Below are positions 15,703 to 24,131 of a stretch of 24,358 bases of DNA, in pieces (positions within the stretch are counted from its first letter, which is position 1; each line of letters begins with the position of its first letter). The translations under genes and the position numbers were made by a program. The notes under the pieces were generated by a model. It did no database searches and was not told where the DNA came from. It saw nothing but the letters and a program-made list of their open reading frames with translations. The DNA comes from a virus. Its lineage: Duplodnaviria > Caudoviricetes. The stretch lies in the IMG/VR virus record IMGVR_UViG_3300032009_000018, positions 1 to 24,358 of that record. One strand, written 5' to 3'.

Positions 15703-16983
15703 TTAGGCGGCAACGCGGCAAGCCAATTCGGAATACAAAGGCGCCCAGCCGTAGAGCACATCCAGACGGGTCGGGATGGCATCGTTGTTGATGGTGTACT
15801 GACGAACAACACGGATGCTGAGGCCAGTTTGCTTGTCAGCAGCCCGGCCAGCGAAGTGCACACCCTCAGGCAGCAGCAGATCACCCGTTGCAAGCGTGAA
15901 TGCGTTCTTATGCAGCATGATGTTCTGCGGGGAAACCACAGCGTTCGCCGTACCCGTTGCGATGTTGAACGGGGTAACCGTCGCCGTCGCAGAAGCAGTG
16001 CCGATCACCGTGTTCTGGAACTGACCAGCAGTGATGATGGCCGGAGACACCGTGACGTTGAACGTACCAGCACCAGCGGAAACCGTGTTCACCACGTTGA
16101 ACCAGCGCAGACGGTTTGCACCGTAAGCCTGGCGGTTCTGCGGGTTCACAGCGAACAGACCAGCAATCTGGATCGGGTCGCCTTGGTTTAGGGTGATAGC
16201 CTGAGAGTTGGTCAGGGTAATGGTGGAGGTAGATTGCCAACCCGAAGTCACAAAACCAGCGTTCACGGATGTGTTCGCGGTCAGCGTGCCAGCAGTCGTG
16301 GTCCAAGAGCCGAACGTCTGAGAAACGACGTTCTGGTCCATCTTCCAATCCAGGCCAGCCGAGTCGCGACCCATCATGCCAGTGCGGTACTGATTGGTGA
16401 TCTGGCTATCCGGGACAAACAGACCCTTCAGCGAATCCACAACTGCAGCGCCAGTGAACGGCTCGATCACAACAGCTCGCTTGCCATCACGCGGGGTACC
16501 TTCTGCATCCAGATAGGCACCAGCGGTAAGGTAAGTCAGAAGGCCAGTGGCAGGCGTACCAGCCACACCAACGATGTTTGCCGTGCTGTTCTTTGCCATA
16601 TTTAGACCATCACGGTCAATGCGGTTGGCAATCGCGGCAATGGCGGGCTTCAGAACGCGGTCACTGAACATGTCCATGCTCAGTGCGAGGTCCTTGGTGT
16701 TGAACTGGGTGTCAACGTGGAACTGAGCGCCGTACTTGGTGGTATCGCCCAGCACGACAGGGACAGACGATTCGTAGAAGTCTTCAACCGACAGGTTGGG
16801 ACCAGTCGTACCGATGAAGCGCGCCGGACGGCGGACGTTTACCGTGTCACCGATCTTTGCGCCTGCAACAGCGAATTGATCGTCGTACTCCCGATTCACT
16901 TGGGAGGCGAAAACGAGAGAATTTTCCAGCACCATCAACGCTTCGTTGGTGATTTTGCTGATAGTAAGCAGATTGTTTGCCAT
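15703..16983 (-). CDS. Major capsid protein, P22 gp5 coat family
   Basis: MANNLLTISKITNEALMVLEN, KIGDTVNVRRP, SIRVVRQYTINND...RLDVLYGW; 426 aa after scaffold. Confidence 0.95.
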   Translation of the reverse strand: MANNLLTISKITNEALMVLENSLVFASQVNREYDDQFAVAGAKIGDTVNVRRPARFIGTTGPNLSVEDFYESSVPVVLGDTTKYGAQFHVDTQFNTKDLALSMDMFSDRVLKPAIAAIANRIDRDGLNMAKNSTANIVGVAGTPATGLLTYLTAGAYLDAEGTPRDGKRAVVIEPFTGAAVVDSLKGLFVPDSQITNQYRTGMMGRDSAGLDWKMDQNVVSQTFGSWTTTAGTLTANTSVNAGFVTSGWQSTSTITLTNSQAITLNQGDPIQIAGLFAVNPQNRQAYGANRLRWFNVVNTVSAGAGTFNVTVSPAIITAGQFQNTVIGTASATATVTPFNIATGTANAVVSPQNIMLHKNAFTLATGDLLLPEGVHFAGRAADKQTGLSIRVVRQYTINNDAIPTRLDVLYGWAPLYSELACRVAA

Positions 16984-17163
16984 GGTTTCTCCAATTGGCC
17001 AGTAAGGAAGGTGTTACCCGCCTCGCTAACGCGGAGGTATGACGAATCTGCCCAGTATCTCGCTCTGGTCGGCGTTTCGCGCACTTCATTGGGAGGCTAG
17101 GTGCTCCCGCGCTTACCCTAGCTAAGAGTATTGTGCACCCGTTTTATTGGATGCACAACTCCA
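16984..17163 (-). promoter_or_regulatory. Structured 180-nt scaffold-coat intergenic leader
   Basis: Inverted repeat TTGTGCA-N14-TGCACAA (17131-17158) plus several further stems; longest non-coding gap in the operon. Confidence 0.5.
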
Positions 17164-18054
17164 TCACTTCTTGTTCATCTCTTTTAGGCGACGAGCCTTG
17201 TACTCAGCGTAATCCAAGTCCTCCAGGTCGCCGATATTCCCACTCTTTGCCTTCACAGCAGTAATCGGCTCAGGCAGATCGGCGCGCTTGATCTTGGGCT
17301 TTTCCTCTTTCTCGCCCTTTTCCATCTCCTTGGGCTCAAGACGAACCTCCAAGCGGCCAATTTCACGAAGAGCCTGCTTGGTGTTCATGCCATTGATCTT
17401 CTCGGCCTGCTCCGGATTGGAGGCAAGGTAGTGAAGGATCTGCGGGCCGAAATCGCTCTCAATGATGGCGTCACGAACATCGTCAGATACGGCTAGATCG
17501 CTTGACTGAAGTACTTCATCGAAGTCAGGAATAGCTTCTTTTGCCTTGGCGATGCGTTCTTGAAATGCTTTGGTAGTTTTAAAGGCTTCTTCATCTGCCT
17601 TTTCTTTTGCTGCTCGTGCGTCACGCTCTCGGAGTTCTTTCTTGACGTTCCATTTCGCCAGCTCCTCGGCATAGTCAAATGGATCGGTGTATTCCTCGCG
17701 CTTGGGCTTGTCCGCATCTGGGTCGGCCTTTGGCTTGGGGTTCAGTCGCTCCTCAAGCTCTTTAGCTTTGGCTTCAGCAGCGCGGGCACGGGCCTCGGCT
17801 TCATCTCGGGCCTCTTGGGCTGCACGAGCGCGGGCACTGAGTTCGGAGAAGCGGTCATTGATGCCATTGCGCTTCTTTTTAGGCTCTGGCTCTTTTTCTT
17901 GCTCAGTTTCAACCTCTTCATGCTCTTCCTCTTGGGCCTTGACTTCCTCTTTGGGTTCTTCTTTCACCTCTTCATAGGGCATGGATCGAAGCTCAGGAAT
18001 GCGGGCGGCGTTGAATTCAGCCAGGTTCTCGCTTGTGACTACTTCAGCAGACAT
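17164..18054 (-). CDS. Scaffolding protein
   Basis: Between portal and coat; Glu/Lys-rich coiled coil, GPQILHYLASNPE, C-terminal DYAEYKARR coat-binding-type helix. Confidence 0.9.
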   Translation of the reverse strand: MSAEVVTSENLAEFNAARIPELRSMPYEEVKEEPKEEVKAQEEEHEEVETEQEKEPEPKKKRNGINDRFSELSARARAAQEARDEAEARARAAEAKAKELEERLNPKPKADPDADKPKREEYTDPFDYAEELAKWNVKKELRERDARAAKEKADEEAFKTTKAFQERIAKAKEAIPDFDEVLQSSDLAVSDDVRDAIIESDFGPQILHYLASNPEQAEKINGMNTKQALREIGRLEVRLEPKEMEKGEKEEKPKIKRADLPEPITAVKAKSGNIGDLEDLDYAEYKARRLKEMNKK

Positions 18055-18093
18055 GGTTTCTCCATGGATTTACCCGGAATCCGTCCGGTACGG
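18055..18093 (-). promoter_or_regulatory. Hairpin and RBS upstream of scaffold gene
   Basis: mRNA TACCGGA-cggat-TCCGGGTA stem (18071-18090) followed by GGAG-AAACC-ATG. Confidence 0.45.
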
Positions 18094-20178
18094 TCATTGC
18101 AGATCAGCGTCTTGCTTTTGCTTGAGCTGCATATCTTCGCGATTGGAGGCACGCTCCATTTGCTCAACCTCGTGCTGGTTCGTGGTGCGAGTCTTCAGCA
18201 GGTCGCGAACAGCATTGATTTCAGCCACGCTTAGGGAAGTCTGCGACTTGACGGCAACGTCATGCATCCAAGCCGCGTTGTCGTTGTCGTTGTTATGGAT
18301 CTTGGTCTGAGACTCCATGAGTGCACGGCGGTTCTCACCATCCTGTCTGACGCTCTCAACATCAAGACGATACTTCTTCTCCATCTCGGCACTCTGTAGC
18401 GCCTCTTGAAGCTGCTTGATGGTGGCTTGAGTCTGCTGGAGTTGCATCTGCACCTGAGGCGGGATCTCGGATTGATCGTCAATCTGAGCCAGCGGATTCG
18501 CAGCAGCCAGACGATCAGCAATCACCTCTGCACCAGGGAAGTCCATGTTGCGGAATAGCAGATCACCTGTGACCTTGAACAAATCTTCGTTGCTCTGCAT
18601 CAGAGGCATCATGGAATCGACGGCTTCTTGGCGCTTGGTGCTATAGCCAGGCCCCGTGTCCATCACTACATCGTAAGCACCAACCGTGATGTCATGCTCA
18701 TCAATGTCGTTGATGGCCTGAAGAGTGGATTGCCCGTCATCCCCAATGATCCTTACAGTGCGAGGACCAGAATAGTAGTAGGGGATCAGGTCCAGCAGAA
18801 TCCGTCCCGTCTGAGCAATCGAGATAGTCTCGTTGTCATAGTAGTGGAACGTGCTGTTGTCGCTCTGGAGGCGCTCGCTTTGCAGAGCCTTGCCTGAGAC
18901 ATTCCCACCAATCCGCATTGCGGGATCAACAATGCCCAGCACGGAGGTCAGGTCATCTCCAACGGAGTTCGCCATGACCATTGCCCCTTCTGGAGGCGGC
19001 TCTGGCTGCAAGCGTTGAGGAGGAGGAGCAGGATTCCCAGCCACATCAGTAGGCTTGTATCGAAGAGTAGCCTTTGCCGATGTATTGGCTTGAGCCCATT
19101 CTCCTTCATGACCCTCGTCTTGTCCTTCAGCAATGAGCCATTTGGCTTTTGGTGCCAGGGCCACCGTCTCCGTCATGGCCGTGCGCCAGAAATTGAACGC
19201 ACGCTGCGGGTCCATGGCGTTCTTGACAAGCCCAGAGAGCAGGCGCTTGCCGTCGATGATCTCAACCTTACCAGTCATCTTGACGATTGGGATGTACTTG
19301 CCCTTCAGATCTCGGCGCTCCAGCACATCAGAGGCAGTAACCTTGAACCATTGGACTTTGCGGCGCATTACCTTGCGTTTTGCAAGGAACTGCAAGTCTT
19401 CTACCTTGCCAATCTCACCCCCCCATGCGCTTGAACCATCGGAGAGTTGATAGAGGGTGTCTTCTGTACGCTTGATGCGGAAGTATTCAGCAACCCGAAT
19501 GTTGTCCTTGGTGATCCAATCCGCAGTGCCATCACCAGTTCCTTGAGCAGTGAAGTTCTGGCCTGTGTTGGCATCTGGATAGAGCTTGGCAAACTCAGCC
19601 TTGGGGATATCGTCGGCAATGAGAAACTCTTCCTGACCGGACCCATCTAGCGAAGTATCGTTCGGATCGTCATAGCAGCTGAGCGTGTTCTCAATCGGCG
19701 CAAGGTACAGCTCTTGGTCAAAGCTGTTGTCATCAAGGTAGTCAGCCAGAATGCGCCAGTATCCCCAACCACCAGTGATAGTCGAGTCAAAGCCAGTGGT
19801 GTAGGCGACCTGAGCACCGTTGCGGGTGGATTCGATGTGGCGAATCAGGCCCTTGATAACGTCAGCCTTCTTCTTCGTAGCCGCATTGCCCGTGGGATCA
19901 ACCTTGATGCGTGGACGTTGCTGGCGCTCGTTGTTGCAGACCTGTAGACAGTAGGCGTCTAGTTTGTTGATCGTCAGGCACGGGCGCTGCTCAAGCAATC
20001 GAGACTGCTGGATCTCAGGAGGCCATTGCTGCCCAGCTCGGAACTTGCGGGCATTGAGGTACATCCGGCGATTCTCAGCAGATGCCTCTTGGGAGCGATG
20101 GAGGAAGTTAACCGCAGCCTGGATGATGTCCTTATCTTCCTCGGCGTTAGCGTCTTTGACTGCTTGGTCTTCGTTCAT
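18094..20178 (-). CDS. Portal protein, P22 gp1-like
   Basis: 694 aa; GQQWP, RPCLTINKL, GWGYWRI, DPQRAFNFW, YDVVMDTGPGYSTKRQEA and C-terminal Gln-rich coiled coil. Confidence 0.93.
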   Translation of the reverse strand: MNEDQAVKDANAEEDKDIIQAAVNFLHRSQEASAENRRMYLNARKFRAGQQWPPEIQQSRLLEQRPCLTINKLDAYCLQVCNNERQQRPRIKVDPTGNAATKKKADVIKGLIRHIESTRNGAQVAYTTGFDSTITGGWGYWRILADYLDDNSFDQELYLAPIENTLSCYDDPNDTSLDGSGQEEFLIADDIPKAEFAKLYPDANTGQNFTAQGTGDGTADWITKDNIRVAEYFRIKRTEDTLYQLSDGSSAWGGEIGKVEDLQFLAKRKVMRRKVQWFKVTASDVLERRDLKGKYIPIVKMTGKVEIIDGKRLLSGLVKNAMDPQRAFNFWRTAMTETVALAPKAKWLIAEGQDEGHEGEWAQANTSAKATLRYKPTDVAGNPAPPPQRLQPEPPPEGAMVMANSVGDDLTSVLGIVDPAMRIGGNVSGKALQSERLQSDNSTFHYYDNETISIAQTGRILLDLIPYYYSGPRTVRIIGDDGQSTLQAINDIDEHDITVGAYDVVMDTGPGYSTKRQEAVDSMMPLMQSNEDLFKVTGDLLFRNMDFPGAEVIADRLAAANPLAQIDDQSEIPPQVQMQLQQTQATIKQLQEALQSAEMEKKYRLDVESVRQDGENRRALMESQTKIHNNDNDNAAWMHDVAVKSQTSLSVAEINAVRDLLKTRTTNQHEVEQMERASNREDMQLKQKQDADLQ

Positions 20179-21527
20179 CAGCTCATCCAGCTTCCCGCTC
20201 CGAGATTCTCAGGAGCCTTGGTTTGTTGCGGCTTCTTGCGGGGATTGACGATGGCAGGGAATAGCTCAGCCAAAGCCCAAATGAGCGCATCGGCCCGATT
20301 TGGCGAGTGCGCACCGGTATAACCAATGGTGCTGAATGCGGTCAATTCGTCCTCAAGCTCGGGGAAATAGCCAATATGCCGAATCTTACCCGATTCATAT
20401 AGAGCAGAGAAAGGTTCTGCACGGACCACTTTCCCTCGGCTGGCGGTAACCATTTTGTATGGGGTGCGCGGCCTAGCGGTTTGAATAACCTGCTGAACCA
20501 TTGCCCCGCCGTAATTACCCTCTCCTACGACAATATCCGCTGCATGGCGCTCATAGGCCGTAGTGGCAATGTTTCCCCATGTCGCCGGCCCCGCCTTGAC
20601 GGTGCAGTCCTCAATGACATACCCGTTTCCATCCGTACCGAGTCCGGCGACCACAATACCGATGGCGTCATTGTCTGCGTTGTCTGCATCTCCAGAACCA
20701 GATGGGTCAACCGCAACCACGATTCGTACCATGTCTGGAAGGCCAATATCGCCCAGATGTCTCCACTTGTCGATTGTTTCATCTGCGAAGAGTGCATTAG
20801 GGTTGGCATCAGCGAACTCCCCGTAGCGGAACCGCTTCTGCTGTTTGGCAGACATGCCGCCTAGGGTTTTCTCAATGTAGTCCGGAGGAAGATTGGCGGC
20901 GTTGTCGTCAGGGTTAAGCCTGATCCATTCCAGATCGTCCGGATGGGGTAGCAGCTGCTTGGTGTTCGGGTCCCGCTTCTGGATGAAGTATATGTACGTC
21001 CAATGGCCCTTGTTGGGCGGATTGGCGTCATACAGCATCAAAAGGCGAATTGGCCTAGCCTCTTGTCCATCAACCTTGACGCTCACAACTTGAGCCAGGC
21101 GAGTACGAACAAGCTCAACCGATGCCCATGGAATCTGGCTGCATTCGTTGAGGTAGATGGTACAGAACTCCAGACCGAGGATCTTCTCAGTCCGCTCTTT
21201 GTCGTCCAGGCCGCCGATCCAGATCTGCGAGCCGTTCGGAAGCTCAAAGTACCCCATCTGATCGTTCCACTTGGCTATAACACCAGGGAAACAGATCTTC
21301 ATGACCTTAGGTAGCGTGTCCATGGCAATGGACTGCTTGGCGGCATTGAAGCGAAAGCGGAGGATGGCGTGACGGCTTCCGGGGGCAGAGATGGCCCTGA
21401 CACAGATAGCCCGGACGGCTAAGAATGTCTTCCCGGAGCGAGAGCCCCCCACAAGCAGCGTATGGGTCTGCTTGCCGCTGATGAGGCGCTGGGCCTCAAG
21501 TTGCTTGGTCGTTAGGCTGAATGACAC
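20178..21527 (-). CDS. terL: Terminase large subunit
   Basis: Walker A GGSRSGKT, Walker B-like IYLNE, coupling motif DANP, nuclease motifs VVAVDPS and SPNRADA; GTG start. Confidence 0.93.
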   Translation of the reverse strand: MSFSLTTKQLEAQRLISGKQTHTLLVGGSRSGKTFLAVRAICVRAISAPGSRHAILRFRFNAAKQSIAMDTLPKVMKICFPGVIAKWNDQMGYFELPNGSQIWIGGLDDKERTEKILGLEFCTIYLNECSQIPWASVELVRTRLAQVVSVKVDGQEARPIRLLMLYDANPPNKGHWTYIYFIQKRDPNTKQLLPHPDDLEWIRLNPDDNAANLPPDYIEKTLGGMSAKQQKRFRYGEFADANPNALFADETIDKWRHLGDIGLPDMVRIVVAVDPSGSGDADNADNDAIGIVVAGLGTDGNGYVIEDCTVKAGPATWGNIATTAYERHAADIVVGEGNYGGAMVQQVIQTARPRTPYKMVTASRGKVVRAEPFSALYESGKIRHIGYFPELEDELTAFSTIGYTGAHSPNRADALIWALAELFPAIVNPRKKPQQTKAPENLGAGSWMS

Positions 21528-21663
21528 TAGATGTAGTGGCAGGTTCAGTCAAAACCCGCTTTTCCTGAGCCTCAACACTATCGGTAGTGTTTTGTTGCTG
21601 CTCCCATTGCCTTTGAGCCTCCAAAAGAAGCCATGCAGGACCGCCAGCGACCATCCGCCACAT
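21496..21663 (-). CDS. Putative 55-aa protein bridging terS and terL (not in ORF track)
   Basis: ATG overlaps the terS stop (TAATG); MWRMVAGGPAWLLLEAQRQWEQQQ...; fills the 135-bp gap and overlaps the terL start. Confidence 0.5.
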   Translation of the reverse strand: MWRMVAGGPAWLLLEAQRQWEQQQNTTDSVEAQEKRVLTEPATTSSVIQPNDQAT

Positions 21664-22106
21664 TAGAGCAGGCCCCCGTCTTCGTTCATGATGCCAACCT
21701 TGAACGGCTCACCATCCTTGTTACCAAGCTCAAGAGCTTTCAGTTCACGCCAACGCTCAGGGCGACGGTTCTTGAGCCAGAAGATGCCAGCGGTCGTATC
21801 GGGAGGGTAGAACTTGCGAATCTGTGTCTGCACAATCTCGCCGTTGAGCACTCTGATATCAACTTCATCATGCTCGTATCCCATAGCACGCTGGTAAAGG
21901 CTTCGCTCTACCTTGTCATCCGCCTCATCCTTGGAAACCCTTAGGGCATCCGAAAACTCTTGGTGCTCCACCTTCCACAGCGCGACTGTAGAGACAGACA
22001 CCTGAAAGAAATCTGCGAGTTGGGCGTCAGTAGCCCCCAATGCACAAAGCTTCTGAGCCTGAGTGCAATATTCGGGTTTGTACTTGGTAGGCCGACCACC
22101 CGGCAT
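21663..22106 (-). CDS. terS: Terminase small subunit
   Basis: GRPTKYKPEY, HTH GATDAQLADFFQVSVSTVALWK, VERSLYQRAMGY, PPDTTAGIFWLKNR. Confidence 0.92.
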   Translation of the reverse strand: MPGGRPTKYKPEYCTQAQKLCALGATDAQLADFFQVSVSTVALWKVEHQEFSDALRVSKDEADDKVERSLYQRAMGYEHDEVDIRVLNGEIVQTQIRKFYPPDTTAGIFWLKNRRPERWRELKALELGNKDGEPFKVGIMNEDGGLL

Positions 22107-22246
22107 TACTTTTCCTTCTTCTTTCCAGCAGCTCGCTTCTCAGCATACGCAATGGCGACAGCCTGCTTGATCGGCTTGCCTGCCTTCACTTCCTCGCGGA
22201 CATTGCTCTTGAAGGCTTTCTCAGAGGTGGACTTCTTGAGAGGCAT
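22106..22246 (-). CDS. Small basic phage protein, 46 aa (not in ORF track)
   Basis: MPLKKSTSEKAFKSNVREEVKAGKPIKQAVAIAYAEKRAAGKKKEK; AAGGA RBS; TAATG coupling to terS. Confidence 0.85.
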   Translation of the reverse strand: MPLKKSTSEKAFKSNVREEVKAGKPIKQAVAIAYAEKRAAGKKKEK

Positions 22247-22251
22247 GGAAG

Positions 22252-22527
22252 TTATTCCTTCAATCCAAGCAATTCGCGCTCATACGGCGTGAGCTTAGAA
22301 AGTGCTTCTTTCTTCGCGGCAGCGGTCTTTGCGCGTCGCATGTCCTCTTGGACTCGTTTCTTGTCTCGGCGCTTGTGCTCTTCCCACCAAGACAATTGCT
22401 CAGCAGTGAAGCACCCCATTTCACCACGCTTCTCATGATATTGCATGGTGGCGCAAAGCATCTCGGCCAAGGCGCCATTGTGGAGATCTGGCTCAGGCTC
22501 TGGATAACCAGTGCATAGACATGGCAT
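22252..22527 (-). CDS. Hypothetical phage protein, 91 aa
   Basis: AGGAGG RBS; MPC start, WWEEHKRRD and ALSKLTPYERELLGL. Confidence 0.8.
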   Translation of the reverse strand: MPCLCTGYPEPEPDLHNGALAEMLCATMQYHEKRGEMGCFTAEQLSWWEEHKRRDKKRVQEDMRRAKTAAAKKEALSKLTPYERELLGLKE

Positions 22528-22528
22528 G

Positions 22529-22714
22529 TTATTTTCCTCCTTCTTTGATTTTTGGCTTGGGTCCAGGCTTCTTCCGCTCAGGCTTTTGCTCTAGCTGCCG
22601 CATTGCATCAATCTCGTCTAGAGATGGCTGAGGCATAGGGGCCACCTTAGCTGTTTCAGTCAGCTTGTCCGCAAGAACAGTGATGGCCCATGTTGGGAAG
22701 TTGAAGTAGCTCAT
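22529..22714 (-). CDS. Hypothetical protein, 61 aa, basic RKKPGPKPK tail
   Basis: ATG 22714 two bases after the upstream stop; track ORF 22529..22729 trimmed. Confidence 0.7.
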   Translation of the reverse strand: MSYFNFPTWAITVLADKLTETAKVAPMPQPSLDEIDAMRQLEQKPERKKPGPKPKIKEGGK

Positions 22715-22716
22715 GG

Positions 22717-22812
22717 TCAGTCCAGCCACTTGAGGAGCTTTACCATGCCAGCAATGAGCATGACGGGGAGAAGAATGTAGACAGCGAAGAGGGCCGCGAG
22801 TGCGTCAATCAT
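22717..22812 (-). CDS. 31-aa single-pass membrane peptide (not in ORF track)
   Basis: GAGGAG RBS, ATGA overlap; MIDALAALFAVYILLPVMLIAGMVKLLKWLD; exactly fills the gap. Confidence 0.7.
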   Translation of the reverse strand: MIDALAALFAVYILLPVMLIAGMVKLLKWLD

Positions 22813-22994
22813 GTTTGCTCCTCATTCAACATCTTGACGAGCTGGGCTCCGTTGGCTGAGCACCAGTCAATCCATTGTTTGCGCTTGGGGAAGTCGTCTT
22901 GAAGGAAGCTCACACCAATCTCCTGCGCTCGCTCTACCGTGATGGGGCGAGGATCGGCATGGATGGCGGCAAAGATGTCAGCCTCTAGTGTCAT
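22809..22994 (-). CDS. Hypothetical protein, 61 aa
   Basis: GGAG RBS and ATGA overlaps on both sides. Confidence 0.72.
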   Translation of the reverse strand: MTLEADIFAAIHADPRPITVERAQEIGVSFLQDDFPKRKQWIDWCSANGAQLVKMLNEEQT

Positions 22995-23278
22995 TCGATG
23001 ACTCCAATGATATCCGTCTGGTGACAGGTGAGGAGGGTTTCGCCATTATGCTTGAAAGTCTCTTTTGCATACATGGAAAAGGCCACCCGATCACCTGGCT
23101 TTAGGTCCATCGGCTCCAGATAGCCATTCTCATGCAGCTTGCCGGGGCCAATTGCCAGAACGGTGCCATGCTTTGCCTCTTCCTGAGCGCTGGGTGCCAA
23201 GACAATACCGCCAGCGCTGATTTCCTCGGAAGGATCGGGGCGAATGATGATGAGGTCAGAGAGAGGTTTGATGTTCAT
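22991..23278 (-). CDS. groES: Co-chaperonin GroES (Cpn10)
   Basis: MNIKPLSDLIII, mobile loop SAGGIVL, GTVLAIGPG, LKPGDRVAF, DIIGVIE; 95 aa. Confidence 0.95.
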   Translation of the reverse strand: MNIKPLSDLIIIRPDPSEEISAGGIVLAPSAQEEAKHGTVLAIGPGKLHENGYLEPMDLKPGDRVAFSMYAKETFKHNGETLLTCHQTDIIGVIE

Positions 23279-23871
23279 GCAAATTCCTTGATTTTGCTTC
23301 TATAAATTTCTCGAATACACCTGAGTTCATCCCGAGTCCACTTGTGAACCTCGTTGTTGTTCTCTAGGGTTTCGACGCGAGCGAGGCCAATTCGTTGAAC
23401 GAGGCCCATGCGATAGGCGATGACATTCCCAGAAAGGTCGCGGTTGCAGTGCTTGCACTGTGCCCAGCAGTTATCAGGGTTATACCTTAGATGATCTGCG
23501 GCCCCTACACTGCGTAGGTGACCTGCATCCACCATGCCCCCTCTGCGGCCATCCCAATCCAATTCAGAGCCACAGCTGATGCATACATGGCCTTCTGCCT
23601 TGCTTCTGGCGCGGATCCAAGCGTTGAAACTCGTTTGCGCCTCTCTCTTAAGCATTGGGATCGTCTTCAGCGCCTCCAGCTGCGCCCGAGTCTGGTGCTT
23701 GTCCTGGGTCTTTTCCTTGGCAAGCTTCTTGTCCAGCTTGAACTTGGCGATCTTGACTGCGCATTCAGGAGAACACCAGTCTTGAAAGGATCGAGTTGGC
23801 GTGAACATCGCGGAGCACCCACCCTTACGGGAGTTGCAGCGCTTGGGGCGGAAGGTTGCTATGAAGGTCAT
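23275..23871 (-). CDS. ninG: NinG/Rap-family recombination endonuclease
   Basis: ATG 23871 (ATGA overlap); FTPTRSFQDWCSPECA, AQTSFNAWIRAR, CISCG, DAGHLRSVGAADHLRY, NCWAQCKHCN. Confidence 0.93.
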   Translation of the reverse strand: MTFIATFRPKRCNSRKGGCSAMFTPTRSFQDWCSPECAVKIAKFKLDKKLAKEKTQDKHQTRAQLEALKTIPMLKREAQTSFNAWIRARSKAEGHVCISCGSELDWDGRRGGMVDAGHLRSVGAADHLRYNPDNCWAQCKHCNRDLSGNVIAYRMGLVQRIGLARVETLENNNEVHKWTRDELRCIREIYRSKIKEFA

Positions 23872-24131
23872 GCGCCGTCGTCCGCAAAGCTTTTTCCGCC
23901 ATCTGGACCGGTAATTTCCATCCGGCCGCCGCAGTGATTGCAATAGAACCAAGTCCAGCCAACACCATTGCTATGAAACTTGCCTCGTTTGTGGCCAATC
24001 TTTGCGCAGTCAGAAATTATCTTTGAGCGCTCTGGATAGTAGGACTCTCTCATCCATGCATCCATGAGTTCCCTCTGCTTCAGCATTCGAAGATTTTCCA
24101 GCTCGTGGCGACGCGTCCAGATATCGCTCAC
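23868..24131 (-). CDS. Hypothetical protein, 87 aa, possible zinc ribbon
   Basis: GAGG RBS, ATGA overlaps; C-x4-H...CNHC ligand set. Confidence 0.75.
   Translation of the reverse strand: MSDIWTRRHELENLRMLKQRELMDAWMRESYYPERSKIISDCAKIGHKRGKFHSNGVGWTWFYCNHCGGRMEITGPDGGKSFADDGA

Noticed and set aside
16847-17089. 80-aa minus-strand ORF in the coat leader
   Set aside because: No RBS, runs out of frame into the coat gene; region better explained as structured RNA.
17040-17100. Hammerhead-like AATGA...GAAAC in the coat leader
   Set aside because: Core CUGANGA and the required three stems are not present.
17131-17158. Intrinsic terminator after scaffold
   Set aside because: Stem present but no U-tract on either strand.
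15406-18310. Plus-strand ORFs 15406..16191 and 17560..18234
   Set aside because: Mirror frames of coat and Glu/Lys-rich scaffold; the Phe/Leu richness is a reverse-complement artefact.
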